This document shows, one piece after another, positions 49,750-61,735 of a stretch of 64,000 bases of DNA (within the stretch, counting starts at the first letter, position 1; each line of letters starts with the position of its first letter). The notes beneath the pieces are model-generated. The model saw only the letters and a list, made by a program, of their open reading frames with translations. It made no database searches and was not told the DNA's origin. Source of the stretch: Sphyrna mokarran (Eukaryota); the NCBI GenBank assembly GCA_024679065.1, contig JAGIQG010000001.1:113398001-113462000 (forward strand). Direction: 5' to 3'. The position numbers and the translations under genes are program-made.

Positions 49750-50850
49750 TCAGGATTCTTCCAAAAAAAATTCTAAGTGCTGAATTCATATAAAAGCTGG
49801 AGTAAATCAGTGGGATTTTTTCTGCGGGATTTTGAAAATTTATTTCCCACACTCTGCACATCATGGAACACCCTAATGTGTATCACCATGTTAAGGGGGG
49901 GGGGGGGAGCCTATTCCTCCTGGAGATGCCGGCAGCATAGCACTGAGTGGGCCACTGTGTATGCTCCAATCTGTCAATGCCGAGATTGGCGCATGCACAG
50001 TAGCCCTACACTGACTAATTGCTGGCCAACTCCACAACCCTGCGCCATTGGCTGTATGACAGTCAATTCCCAATTGCTGCCCTCTCAGACATGTCTGGGA
50101 CACCACCCTGCTCCTCTAGCTTGTCTCGATCTCCCTTCACCAGTAGTCCTGATCTCTCCAACCACCCACCCTCCACAGCCTCGAATTTCCCTCCATAGGC
50201 CAACATCCCCTCCACCCCAATGCCAGCCGCAATCGCTGTCCACCCTCCCCTGTCACCAATCTGAACTGCATTGGCAACGGGACTATCCCATCCCTGCTGA
50301 TCTCTGCCTCCATTAATCTGTGCCCCTTTCTGGTCCTTGGCAATGCCTGATGCCTGGTGGGCAGTGCCAAGGTGCCCCCAAGTGTTGTCACTTTGCACTT
50401 TGGGTAGTGCCAGGAGGCCAGGCTGTCACTGCCAGGCTGACAATGCCCAATAGGCACCTCTCTTAGCCCCCCTGCCTCCTGGGGGATCTCCATGGCCTCA
50501 ATTCACCCCAACAGGGTTGGGCCACCACTTCCCCGTTAGTGAGGAACTGTTGTATATCTTGCTGGAGTGAAATACTCCTGGTTGGGGGGTAGGGGGTGGG
50601 GGAGGGGGGTGGGGGGGGAGTGGAGTGGAGTGGGGGAGGTGGGGGTGTGAGTGGGGGAGGTGGGGGGGGTGGAGGGTGGGGAGGGAGGGGAGCATGGTCA
50701 GTGGTGGGGAGAGACCCGCGGGCCTGTGGACTTCAGTCCCAGGTCTGCTAATGATAGTTAAATCACAATTTAAATACTTTAATCAGCTCTATGTGAATTT
50801 TGATATAATTAAAGAGCCTGGGGCACAATTGTCTGGGCTCACTTGCCTTA
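49750..50850. mobile_element. GC-rich TIR element with internal G-tract
   Basis: Its start GATTCTTCCAAAA..AGTGCTGA is shared with the 1584 copy. It has a GGCANTGCC cluster and a G-rich tract at 50581-50690. Confidence 0.65.
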
Positions 50851-51178
50851 CGCCCGTGTCGGTGAAGATTGAAGACGGGAATGGGTTAATGAACTTTGTA
50901 ATACTTGGAGATTTGTAAAATAGTATTGTAAGACTTGTTTTTGTGTATCCCAGACAGATAAGAAAGCAGCTGTTGTACACAAGTTTATGATTTTCCCAGC
51001 TAATTGAGTTCAGAAATGTAGCTGACACAGTTCGTATCTATTTTTGTGTCTTTAATATTGTAAACTTTTGTCTAACATAGTGGAGCTTACATGCAGACCT
51101 TCATATATATATATGTATATGTACTATTTATGTATTATGTACCGATATGTGCTATACAGGTACCTACGAACATAAAAT

Positions 51179-51540
51179 TGTTATACCGGTCCTGTTACCT
51201 TGTATGCAGTTAACTTGTTTGTGTTGGCCTGTATGTTAGCTAATAGCTAATAAACCACAGGTGTTGAGATGTGGGACAATTGCGGCCTTGAGATAACTAT
51301 GAAGAAACCACCGAGACAGCCATGTTCACACGATGGAGGATAAGCCACAGCCTGGGAACGTGCCAAGAATGGAAAAATGCAAACGTGCTTGGTCGGGGAT
51401 ATAAATATGTACTCTTAATTTGTGTTCGGAGAGAAGCTTGGGGAACCGCTGTTAGGTACCAGGTGTATCTCCCAAAAGCTTTTGAATAAACTTGCTATAC
51501 TTTGACTCACATTTGGTCTCAGAGGTATCTTTTCCCTACA
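51179..51540 (+). mobile_element. Solo-LTR-like element (362 bp)
   Basis: It has TG...CA ends, a TATA-like GGGGATATAAA at ~51395-51405 and AATAAA at 51485-51490. It is flanked by the direct repeat ATAAAAT (51172-51178 and 51541-51547). Confidence 0.7.
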
Positions 51541-51904
51541 ATAAAATCCTCACTGACCACTACAGAGCTTGGATTGGTTGGCAGCTCCTGGGAGGAAGAC
51601 TTCCTTCCTAGTGACAGGCAGAGGTACTACTGTCAGCCAATTTAACCACCCGCAGTGTTTTAAGGCTGCAGGGAGGGCTTGTACAATCCTTCCAGGGTCA
51701 GGGAAAGGGAGTTGGGGCAAGTCTGTAAGCCATTCTGCTTCCCCATAAAATGCAGCTGATTAACACTCTTCTCTCTTCACAGATACTGCCAGACCAGCTG
51801 AGCACTCCCACATTTTCTACTTTTATTTATTTTCCACCTCCTGGGTCAGACTTTGATTTTACAGATCATTTTGTTTTTTAATAAAGAGATAATTCTTAAT
51901 TCTA

Positions 51905-52520
51905 AGTTTATTTATTAGTGTCACAGTAGGCTTATATTAACATTCAATGAAGTTACTGTGAAAATCCCCTGGTCACCACACTCCAGTGCCTGTTCAGGTA
52001 CAGAGGAGAACTTAGCATGACCTGTGCACCCAAGCAACACGTCTTTCAGACTGTGCGAGAAATTGGAGCACCCAGAGGAAAGCCGCAACATAGCACCAAG
52101 CACAGAGACTGTTTCTCTCAAAAGTCACAGTTTGCTCTGGTACTGGTGTTCAGGCACATGAAGGTGATTAATTCTGTTTGTGAAGATCCTGGCAAACTTG
52201 ATAACCATGAAGCCATTATCGATTGTTGGGAAAACCCATCTGGTTCATGAATGTCCTTTAAGGAAGGAAATCTGCCATCTTTACTTGGTCTGGACTATAT
52301 GCGGCTCCAGAGCCATAGCAATATGATTGATTCTCAACTGCCCTCAGAGTGGCACAGAAAGCCAGTCAGTTGTATCAGGTACTATGAGTCAATCAACAGC
52401 ACATAGACTGCAGCTTTTCGAGAAAGTGGCTCACCACTGACTTCTCAAGGGCAACTAGGCATGGGCAATAAATGCTGGCCAGCCAGTGACACTCATGTCT
52501 CACGAACGAATTAAAAAAAA
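51905..52520. mobile_element. HE1-like SINE fragment (-, 51905-52085) and family-B SINE/LINE tail (+, 52200-52520)
   Basis: Family-specific motifs match other copies. The tail is GGGCAATAAATGCTGGCCAGCC...AAAAAAAA. Confidence 0.75.
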
Positions 52521-53184
52521 GTTGCCATATATCGGAATTTGGGGTGGATACATTTCAGACTATTATTTAAATAGTTGGAAAAATCAAGTGTAAGTCATGC
52601 ATGAATTTTGATACATGGGTCAGAATGAAAGGTGGGAGTGCAAAGCTGGAAAATCAATCTTAACAGCTGTGTTATTTAGTGTATTAACACATTTTAACAC
52701 TAATGGAATTGGATGTTACGGTGAGAAATGGAATCTTTTCAACATGAAACATCAAACACTTTCAGATTAGGTTTTGCACAGATCAAAGCAAAATAAACTT
52801 CCCACTACTCTGACCCAACAACATGTAAAGTCACCCAATGTGAGAGGGGCATTCTTCAATCACACCAAAGTAGAATGTCCTTTTGTGTAATTCCCACCAT
52901 TCTGATCTGAGTTAGGCTGCAAGTGTAATATTATGGGTTGTTATGGAATTCATAAAGAACCAGTGGAGACTGTCCACTAATTCACTTGGATCCTTCCATA
53001 TGATAAAGAAAGTTTTCTAAGCCAGCTCTGAGTTTGTAATTTTGAAGGAGGATCATCAAGATAATTGACTGTGTGAATATTGACTGAACACATTGCAAAA
53101 TTTGCATTCCTGGTCTGGAATTTTTATTTCAATTAAAGTCAATGAGCAAACACATAAACTCGGGGTGTTTTGTTTTGCAATATG

Positions 53185-53432
53185 CACAGCAAATGCCAGG
53201 AGTGGGCTCAATTCCTGGCCTTGTGTCACTGTCTGCATGGATTTCCTCTAGGTGCTCCGGTTTCCCCTCACAGTCCGAAGATGTGCAGGTTAAGTGGATT
53301 GGCCATGCTAGATTGTCTCTTAGTGTCAGGGGGCTAAATAGAGTAAACGTGTGGGGTTATAGGGATAGGGCCTGGGCAGGATTGTAGTCAGAGCAGACTC
53401 AATGGGCCTCCTTCTGCAGTGTAGGATTCTAT
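53185..53432 (+). mobile_element. HE1-like SINE
   Basis: It has the body CAGTCCGAAGATGTGCAGGTTAAGTGGATTGGCCATGCTA and a GGATTCTAT tail. Confidence 0.8.
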
Positions 53433-54354
53433 AAGTGGAACTTTTACCCCATCTTTCTTTCAAAGCGTTTTCATTAAAGTTCTTGGGACAGTTGAAAGCA
53501 GCTTATTGTGAAAATTCCGACTCACCGTTTAGACTATCACTTGGACTTTTAGGTAGGAAGGTGACAGAAACCTTGAAATTATTTAAACGACAATTGAATG
53601 TTGTGACAGACTTTTCCTAATGGGCTCTCTCATCTTCGTGCATCTTATGATCTTGTGACCTCTGCTGCACCCTGAACTTGTTGCTATCGGAGTTTTATGG
53701 GTCTGGGGCTTTGTTTTTGTTTTACAGAGACCTGCTTAATGACCTGATGGCATCACCATATTGTGGCAGAGTGAGTTCACACAGTTTGTAAAGAAACACA
53801 CTGAAAGTTGTTATAGCAGTCCCATTGCCGCCCACAGATTTCACAGAAGTAATAAAACACTCCATATAAATAAATGTGAAGACAATTAAAAATGTTTCAT
53901 TCTCACAACTGAGAGTGCCACAGTACTTTGTTTATTTGCTCGGCAGTTGGGTAACAGTGTGCTAATGAAGATGTACATCTCTCTCTCTCGTTCTCTCGTT
54001 TATTTTACCTGGTGCCCCTATAAGAAGTTGGATACCTGCCACTTCCACAGCTGCAAGTGACTTCATCTGGCTCCGCACATTAATTTCCAAACAGAGACCC
54101 AATGGAGCTTTGTGAGATCTAAGAAAATCTGGGTTCCCCACTACTGATGGAAGAACAAAGATCAGGTTGTTTATTCTTACAGTTCTTCCTCTGTTGGCTG
54201 CACTCTTCAAATGGAAGAGTGCCCTTAGTTTTGTTCCGACAACGTCTGAACATAATGGAAGAGGAGCAGATGTTCTCCTGCCTGAAAACAGCAACTGTAC
54301 TACTACAGACAGATTTATCCTCCTTCTCTTATTTCAAACGGCACAGCAGTTTTT

Positions 54355-55350
54355 GGACGGAATTTTATGACCACATTGCGCCTGTTTTGCGGCAGGAAAA
54401 TGGCATAAAATTGGACGGAATGCTTAGGGTGGAGGGATCAGGGGGTCATTTAGGGGGAAGATGCTAGATGAGGTAAACACACAACCTTACTGCCTGAATG
54501 AAGTCGTTCAGTTTCTAGCTGCACTGCTCCCCAGTTGTCCTGACCAGTGCCCTGGCACTAATACATGCTTTCACTGCCTCCCAGGCTGCGTTTCCATCCC
54601 TTCCACTGGGATGGCATCCTGCTGGGGGGGAGAGTGTATCCCACCTTTCCTCGGCAACCTGGCAATTTCGGAAAATCAGAGAGCTGTCTTCCTGGAGGCC
54701 ATTTCTTCTTGTAATGCCTGCCTATCTGGCCCTCCTTGGGGTTTTCATAGAGCTGTCCGTAGTTAGATCAGCTGCAGATAGTTTGGGTGAGTCACATTCC
54801 AGTGAGTTCAGTGCAGTTTGTCTTATTACCATGGAGGGGAAGCCCAGTTAACACTTGCTGACGGAGAGGGTGGAAGGGGATGATGGGAGGTGGGGGAGGG
54901 GGTGCTGGGCAGATGTGGGGGGGAACACAGGATTTGTGCCTCTGTGATGATCGGGAGCAGGGGAGGGAGAGGATCATGTCAGGCAGCCATCGGGGCCACG
55001 TGAAAGAGGGTCCGGGGCGGGATTGGGGAAATGAGGGGGTTTGTAATGTTGCTGAACTAAGTCTCTGCTGTCCGTGGAGGCTCGATTTGGCCTGGGGGGG
55101 AGGGGGAGGCTCTGTCAGCACAGATGATTTTTTTTCCCAGTTTTCTTGTTCATGCACAGTTTGCAGCTCTGGTCTGAACTGCTGGCTGTTTGGCAAATTA
55201 GGCCCCGCCCTCTGCCTGCAGTGGCTACAAATGGTCTAGCCCATATTTTCAAAAGCTGAGTGCATAAAATTGAACATGAAAACTCACCCAAAAAGCAGAT
55301 CAATCATTCTCCTGTTTTCACACTAGCTCAACACTTAGAAAAAAATCTCG
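54355..55350. mobile_element. GC-rich TIR element(s)
   Basis: It has a GGACGGAATTTTATGACC terminus. Its right part is the reverse complement of the 49750 copy start (CACTTAGAAAAAAA). Confidence 0.5.
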
Positions 55351-56109
55351 TAACCTTCTGCTCGATATGTCAGGTGTCCCAAGTTAAAAAATACAAAATA
55401 ATATTCTTGTTATTTGTTTGGCTTCAACTATAATTATTTTGATTAATTATATGAAAAGAGATAGATAATTATTGCAATTTTTAAGAATGAGACAGTTTGG
55501 AGTAAATTATTATGTCAAAACTTTATCACCCTCTTGCTTTTGAACAATAGTGGTTAACTTCAGTCAGCTTTAATTTAAACTAAAGCTCTTTTTACCTTAT
55601 CAGTTTATAGCCACTCTCTTCCCTTCTTATTCTTAAGATGTTTATTCCTTGCTTGGGCAGGTTCCTGATTGATTGCTTGTTCTCCTGTCCTTCCTACAAG
55701 TGGCCATTAATCATACGGAAAGCAAGCATCAGCAGTCTGTGATGTAGGAAGATATTGCAACTGAAGTTTCATCATGTAATTGATTTATGCCTATTTCCTG
55801 GTGAGAAACACAGCTGGATTTTACACTTCCGCTCCAGTGAATTTGACGTGCTCTGGCCACTACTTACCCTTCTGCTCCTGTCCCATTGGAAGAATGATGT
55901 GGAGATGCCAGCATTGGACTGAGGTAAAACACAAAGAAATCCCACAACACCAGTTTAAAGTCCAAACAAGTTTATTTGTAGGAAATGCTGCAAGCTTTCA
56001 GGACAACCTGTCCCTTCGTCAGGTGGCTGTGAGTTTTTATGCCAGAGGCAAAGGAAGTGTTTTGCCAGTGGTCATAATTGAGGTCCTTAAGTAGGCATTG
56101 AATGTGCAC

Positions 56110-56930
56110 TTGGAGTGAGGAGGATAGTGTAGAGCTTCAGAAAGATGAAGGCAAGTTGGTGGAATGGGTGAAGAGGTAGCGGTTAAAATTCAATGCAGAG
56201 AAATGTGAAATGATTCATTTTGGGACAAAGAATGCAGAGAGACAATATAAAATGAAGAGTACAAGCCTAAAATGGAGAAAAAAGCAGAAAGACCTGGATG
56301 GATAAGTGCATAGGTCATTGAAGATTGCAAGAAAAGTTGAGACTGTATTTAATTAAGCATCTAGTATTCTAGGCTTTATTAATAGGAACATAGCATCTAA
56401 GAACAAGCAGAATATGTTGAACTTGCATAAGACACTAGCCCAGCCTCAACTGGAATATTTCTGGGTGCCACATTTTAGAAAGGATGTGAAAGAGAGCGTG
56501 GAAAAGATTTACCAAAATGGTTCCATGGATGAGGAATTTCAGTTATGAAGATAGATTGGCAAAGCTGAAAATGTTTCCTTGGAGAAGAGAAGACTGAGAG
56601 GAGATTAATCAAGGTATTCAAAACATGGCTAGAGTGGATAGGGAGAAAAGATCAAGAGCGAGAAGGCATAAATTTAAAGCAATTAGCAAAAGAAGCAAAA
56701 ACAACATGAGCAAAACCTTTTTCATCCAGTAAATGGTTGAAGTCTGGAATGCTCTGCTCACAGTTTGGTTACAGGTTCAACTGGAGTTTTCAGAAGGAAA
56801 TCAGACAGTTATCTGAAAAGAAAGAAGATGGGGAATGGCACTAGGCGAGTTGCTCATTCGGAGAGCCTGTGTAGACATGTTGGAATGAATGGTCTCCTTT
56901 TTGCACTGTAATAATTTTATGGTTCTGTGA
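56110..56930 (+). mobile_element. Decayed CR1 ORF2 3' end
   Basis: It reads KFNAEKCEMIHFG, EKRRLRG and FFIQ.MVEVWNAL, with a 3'UTR and tail at ~56880-56930. Confidence 0.85.
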
Positions 56931-57349
56931 TACTGAGACCTACACAACTGTCAGGATCAGTACACTCAATATTATCAGACATTGTAGCCACTCACCCAGG
57001 AAGAAGAGGAGGTGGAACAGCAGAGGCAAGAGACTATGAGAGTAAGTACTATGCCACAAGAGAGTAGCCCATTCTTACCTCCCCTATAACCATGTTTTGG
57101 TAGTGCAGATCATGCCAAACCCTCTCACAGAAAGAGTGCATCAGGAATCTGTGCTTTAAGACGGAAGATTTCAGCCAGCTGTGCACCATTTTGCACAGTA
57201 AGAAGTCTCACAACAGTAGCTTCAAGTCCAACAGGTTTATTTGGAATCACAAGTTTATGGAGGGCTGCCTCTTCGTTGGGTGAGTCCATTTCTAGAGATC
57301 ACCTGAGTCCGTGAACTATGGAAAGTTCCTGATATTTTATATTCTTTCA

Positions 57350-58050
57350 CAGATTGTGAGCATTACTGGTAAGCAACATTTGTTGCCCATTCCTAATCAC
57401 CTTTTGGAAGGTAGATACAAGTTAGGAAGGGAGTTCCAGGATTTTGATGCAATGCTAGTCAAAAACTGGCAATATAATTCAAAGTCAGGATGGTGTACGG
57501 CTTGGAGGGAAACCTGCAGGTTAGTTGTGTTTTCATGCATCTCATCCCTTGTCCTTCTAAGGAGGTTACTGTTGAAGGAGTCTTGGTGAGTTGCTGCACT
57601 ACATCTAGTACGGTTCATACAGCTGCCATAGTGTGTTCATAATGGAGCTAGTGAATGTTTAAGATGGTACATGGAATATCAATCAAGTTGGTTGCTTTGT
57701 CTTAAATGGTGTTGAGCTTTCTGAGTGTTGTTTGACCTGCACTCATCCATGCAAGTGAAGTGTATTCCAGCACACTCTGGACTGTTGTCAGTAAAAATAC
57801 AAATGTCCACAAGCATTACTTGTAGAATTGTCCATTGTGAAAGGTCATTTGGTGCAGCAGAAGAACATAAGAACTAGAGTCTGCTCTGCCATTCAATATA
57901 TTATGACTGATCTTTTCGTGGACTCAGCTCCACTTACCTGTCTGCTCACCATGACCCTCAAATCCTTTACTGTTTAAAAATGTATCTATCCTTGCCTTAA
58001 AAACATTCAATGAGGTAGCCTCAACAGCTTCATTGGGCAGGGAATTCCAC
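57350..58050 (-). mobile_element. LINE 3' end (57350-57790) and CR1 3' fragment (57862-58050)
   Basis: The first reads SKSWNSLP and has a reverse TTGCCCATTCCTAAT tail. The second has an AAGAACATAAGAA tail. Confidence 0.7.
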
Positions 58051-58683
58051 AGAAGAGGGGTATTAGGATCTATACTCTAGACAAAGGCAATCAAATGTTG
58101 AAATTCCCAAACTCATTTCAACTTCACATTTTTAAAGAGTGCATTAAACATCCTGACAATTGTCTTTGATTGATTGCTTTGTGTGTTTTTTTTTAAGTTC
58201 AGCTTTAATTAATAGCTAATAGTAAAAGTACAGCATGTATGGAAAAATAAAAATCTGGTTGTGGAAATCATTTGATTTAAAGGAGGAAAGTGTCATCATC
58301 CTGATTTTGTGCATATTTATTTTGTGTTTATCCACATTGAAATACACCTCTGTTGATTAACTCTATTATCGAAATAATCTGCATCAGGTTGTCTTGTTCA
58401 TTATTTGCCTTGCCTCCTGTTTTAGAATCATCCAGAAACTCAGATCTTACGGGTGACATCCTTAAGTTATTAACACAGAGATAGCAAGGATTGAATATGG
58501 ATTGGTGGAGTATCTTGTTCCTAACCTTTAACCCTCATTCAGGAACATTATTGTACTACTATAGTAAACTTATGAAAGTATTGTACAATTATTTTAATAT
58601 TTTCCACTAATTTGGCGTGTAAATGTCATGGAAATTCCAGATCTGCGTTTGTTATTAATAAATGTGACTGCTGACAAACACAT

Positions 58684-60407
58684 AGAACATAGAACATAGA
58701 ACATTACAGCACAGAACAGGCCCTTCGGCCTTCGATGTTGTGCCGACCAATATAAAAAGCAATGCCCCTCCAAACTAAACCATTCCCTTCTCTTCCATAT
58801 ACTTATCAACTAACCTCTTAAACGCCACCAAACTTGGCGCATCTACAACTGCTGCAGGCAGGGCATTCCACTCCCGAACCACCCTTTGGGTAAAGAACCT
58901 ACCTCTGATATCCGTCCTATAACTATCACCCCTTAATTTAAAGCTGTGTCCCCTCGTGCTAGCTTTCTCCATCCTAGGAAAAAGGCTATCACTGTCCACC
59001 CTATCTAAACCTCTAATCATCTTATATGTTTCGATAAGGTCCCCTCTTAGCCGCCTCCTTTCTAACGAAAACAACCTCAAATCCCTCAGCCTCTCTTCAT
59101 AAGACCTGCCCTCCATACCAGGCAACATCCTGGTAAACCTCCTCTGTACCCTCTCCAATGCCTCCACATCTTTCTTATAATGTGGGGACCAGAACTGCAC
59201 ACAATACTCCAAGTGCGGCCGCACTAGAGTTTTGTACAGTTGCAACATGACGTTGCGGCTCCGAAATTCAATCCCCCTACCAATAAAAGCTAAGACTCCA
59301 TATGCCTTCTTAACAACCTTCTCGACTTGACTGCCTACTTTCAGGGATCTATGCACAAATACACCAAGATCCCTCTGTTCATCAACACTATTAAGAATCC
59401 TACCATTAGCCCTATACTCTACACATTTATTATTCCTGCCATAGTGCATTACCTCACACTTTTCCACATTAAACTCCATTTGCCACCTCTCGGCCCAGCT
59501 CTGCAACTTGTCCAAGTCTCTCTGCAAACTATAACACCCCTCTTCACTATCTACCACTCCACCGACTTTAGTGTCATCTGCAAATTTACTGATCCATCCC
59601 TCAATGCCCTCATCCAGATCATTTATAAAAATTACAAACAGCAGGGGCCCCAAAACAGACCCCTGAGGTACACCACTTGTCACCGAACTCCACGATGAAT
59701 ATCTCCCATCAACCACCTCCCTCTGTCTTCTATCTGCTAGCCAATTCCTAACCCAATTAGCTAAATCACCCTCTATCCCATACATCTGCATTTTCTGCAG
59801 ACGTCTTCCATGGGCCACCTTATCAAACGCCTTACTAAAGTCCATATATACCACATCAACCGCCTTACCCCCATCCACCTCTTTGGTCACTTTTTCAAAA
59901 AACTCAATGAGGTTAGTAAGGCACGACCTACCCTTCACAAAACCATGCTGACTATCCCCAATCAATTCATTTCTCTCTAAATAACTATAAATCCTATCCC
60001 TAATAATTCTCTCCAATACTTTGCCCACAACAGAAGTAAGACTCACTGGCCTATAATTCCCTGGAAGGTCTCTCTTCCCCTTCTTGAACAATAGGACCAC
60101 ATTCGCTATCCTCCAGTCCTCCGGAACCACACCCGTAACCAACGACGACCTGAAGATCAGAGCCAGAGGCTCTGCAATCGCCTCTCTTGCCTCCCAGAGA
60201 ATCCTAGGGTAAATCCCGTCCGGCCCAGGGGACTTATCCAACTTCAAACCCTTGAGAATATCTAGCACATCCTCCCTATCTACTTCAATACTTTCCAGTT
60301 TGCAACCCTGTACCTCAGTGTTCTCCATAACTACATTTACATCACCCTGCGTGAATACCGAAGAGAAATATTTATTCAGTGCCTCTCCAATCTCTTCAGG
60401 CTCCACG
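58684..60407 (-). mobile_element. Young 5'-truncated CR1 LINE with 5-bp TSD CACAT
   Basis: It has a (TGTTCTA)n tail at ~58684-58705 and an uninterrupted ORF2. CACAT occurs at 58679-58683 and 60408-60412. Confidence 0.95.
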
Positions 60408-60412
60408 CACAT
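58775..60412 (-). CDS. CR1 ORF2 reverse transcriptase, 545 aa, lacking the N-terminal endonuclease
   Basis: The motifs KSPGPDGI, NYRPVSLTS, QHGF, DFSKAFD, GVPQGSVLGP and FADD (catalytic) are all intact, with no internal stops. Confidence 0.9.
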   Translation of the reverse strand: MCVEPEEIGEALNKYFSSVFTQGDVNVVMENTEVQGCKLESIEVDREDVLDILKGLKLDKSPGPDGIYPRILWEAREAIAEPLALIFRSSLVTGVVPEDWRIANVVLLFKKGKRDLPGNYRPVSLTSVVGKVLERIIRDRIYSYLERNELIGDSQHGFVKGRSCLTNLIEFFEKVTKEVDGGKAVDVVYMDFSKAFDKVAHGRRLQKMQMYGIEGDLANWVRNWLADRRQREVVDGRYSSWSSVTSGVPQGSVLGPLLFVIFINDLDEGIEGWISKFADDTKVGGVVDSEEGCYSLQRDLDKLQSWAERWQMEFNVEKCEVMHYGRNNKCVEYRANGRILNSVDEQRDLGVFVHRSLKVGSQVEKVVKKAYGVLAFIGRGIEFRSRNVMLQLYKTLVRPHLEYCVQFWSPHYKKDVEALERVQRRFTRMLPGMEGRSYEERLRDLRLFSLERRRLRGDLIETYKMIRGLDRVDSDSLFPRMEKASTRGHSFKLRGDSYRTDIRGRFFTQRVVREWNALPAAVVDAPSLVAFKRLVDKYMEEKGMV

Positions 60413-60737
60413 GGACAGATTTCTCCCTACTTTGAAAGTGATAAGCTGATAAAATCAATTTTAACAATATATTCATGGAGGAGGAATGGTTAAAAACATT
60501 GCAAACAAATGCAAGGTTTTATCAAAAATATTTAAAGTGCTAGAAATGAATTCTGGGTAATCGTTGGCCCTGACATTTACAGGGTCAGGTGCTTAGAGCT
60601 GTGGTGGAGTGGTGGGACTATTGAAGGAGCATGGGATGCAGGAGTGGGGAGAGCAAGCGGACAGAAAATCCAGAAGTAAAGTTTTTCTGGATGGTCCAAG
60701 TTTTTAATATATTCCGTAGTTTCCCAACTGTCATGTT

Positions 60738-61735
60738 GGCCGGGATTTTTCCAAAAAATATCTAAGTTCCCAATGTGTGAGAAAATGGAAGTATTTTCCA
60801 CCTTTTTTTAGCATAATTACCAAAACGAATTTCCAACACTTCAAGCATTGCAGAGTGCCCTAATGTGATTCATTTTGGAATGTCTATGAGGCTGGTAGCA
60901 TAGCACTGAGGGAGCTATTGCACATGCACCAATCTGTCAGTGCAGAGATAGGCACTTGCACAGTGGCCCTCCTGATCACTGCTATTCACTAGTCTTCCCC
61001 AGAATCCCCCAAATCGCTGGCCTTGCAGACTCCAACCCTTTGATCGCTGAAATCCTGAAACTCCCCAGGCTAGCACTAATTTCTCTGTACCCCCCCCCCA
61101 CCCCCCAGCAAGTCCCAACCCACTCCAGACAACCTCACCACATCCCCCCTGCAAACCCTGACTCCTTCTGGCAACCCTGACCCCCCATCGTTCCCCACCC
61201 CGACATCCCCAACACTCCCATCCCACCTCAATGGCTAGCCCTGATAACTATCACTCCCTCCCTCCCCCATCAATCCTCTTGCAAATGGGCAGTGGACCCC
61301 CTCCACAAATTGCCAACCCCAATAGGCCCCACTCCCCCAGAAGGCCCTGAACCCCTGACCTGACCCCCTGGCACTGCCCAATGCACGTGGACAGTGCCAA
61401 GTTGCCCTTTGGGCAAGGCCAGTGTGCCAGGCTGGCACTGCAATGTTGACACTGTCCAAGAGGCATTACACCCCCTTGCCTCTGATCTCCCTGGGAGGCC
61501 TCAGTGGCTTCTGTTCCTTTCAGCAGGGTCAGGGCACCTATTCCCTGCTACTGGGAATCACTCCTGGTGAAGTGGGGTGGGGGGAGATGCGAGAGGGTCG
61601 GTAGAATTCTGCCCCAGGCTCAATAATAATATTGAAAAACTGATTTCTGGTGCGGAAATGATTACACTTAAAAGCTTAGCCTGGGAGATGTGCAGAAGCT
61701 ATAATGCCCAGATTGAATCCTGCAAAATGGCTGCC
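60738..61735. mobile_element. GC-rich TIR element
   Basis: It has a GGCCGGGATTTTTCC terminus, GCATAGCACTGAG shared with the 49750 copy, and a GGCANTGCC cluster at 61370-61460. Confidence 0.6.

Noticed and set aside
49777-50493. Overlapping 110-180 aa Pro/Gly-rich ORFs (also at 1.7-2.2k, 18.8-19.2k, 41.5-42.0k, 54.8-55.2k, 60.9-61.5k)
   Set aside because: GC-rich repeat interiors lack stop codons by composition, and the frames are not conserved between copies.
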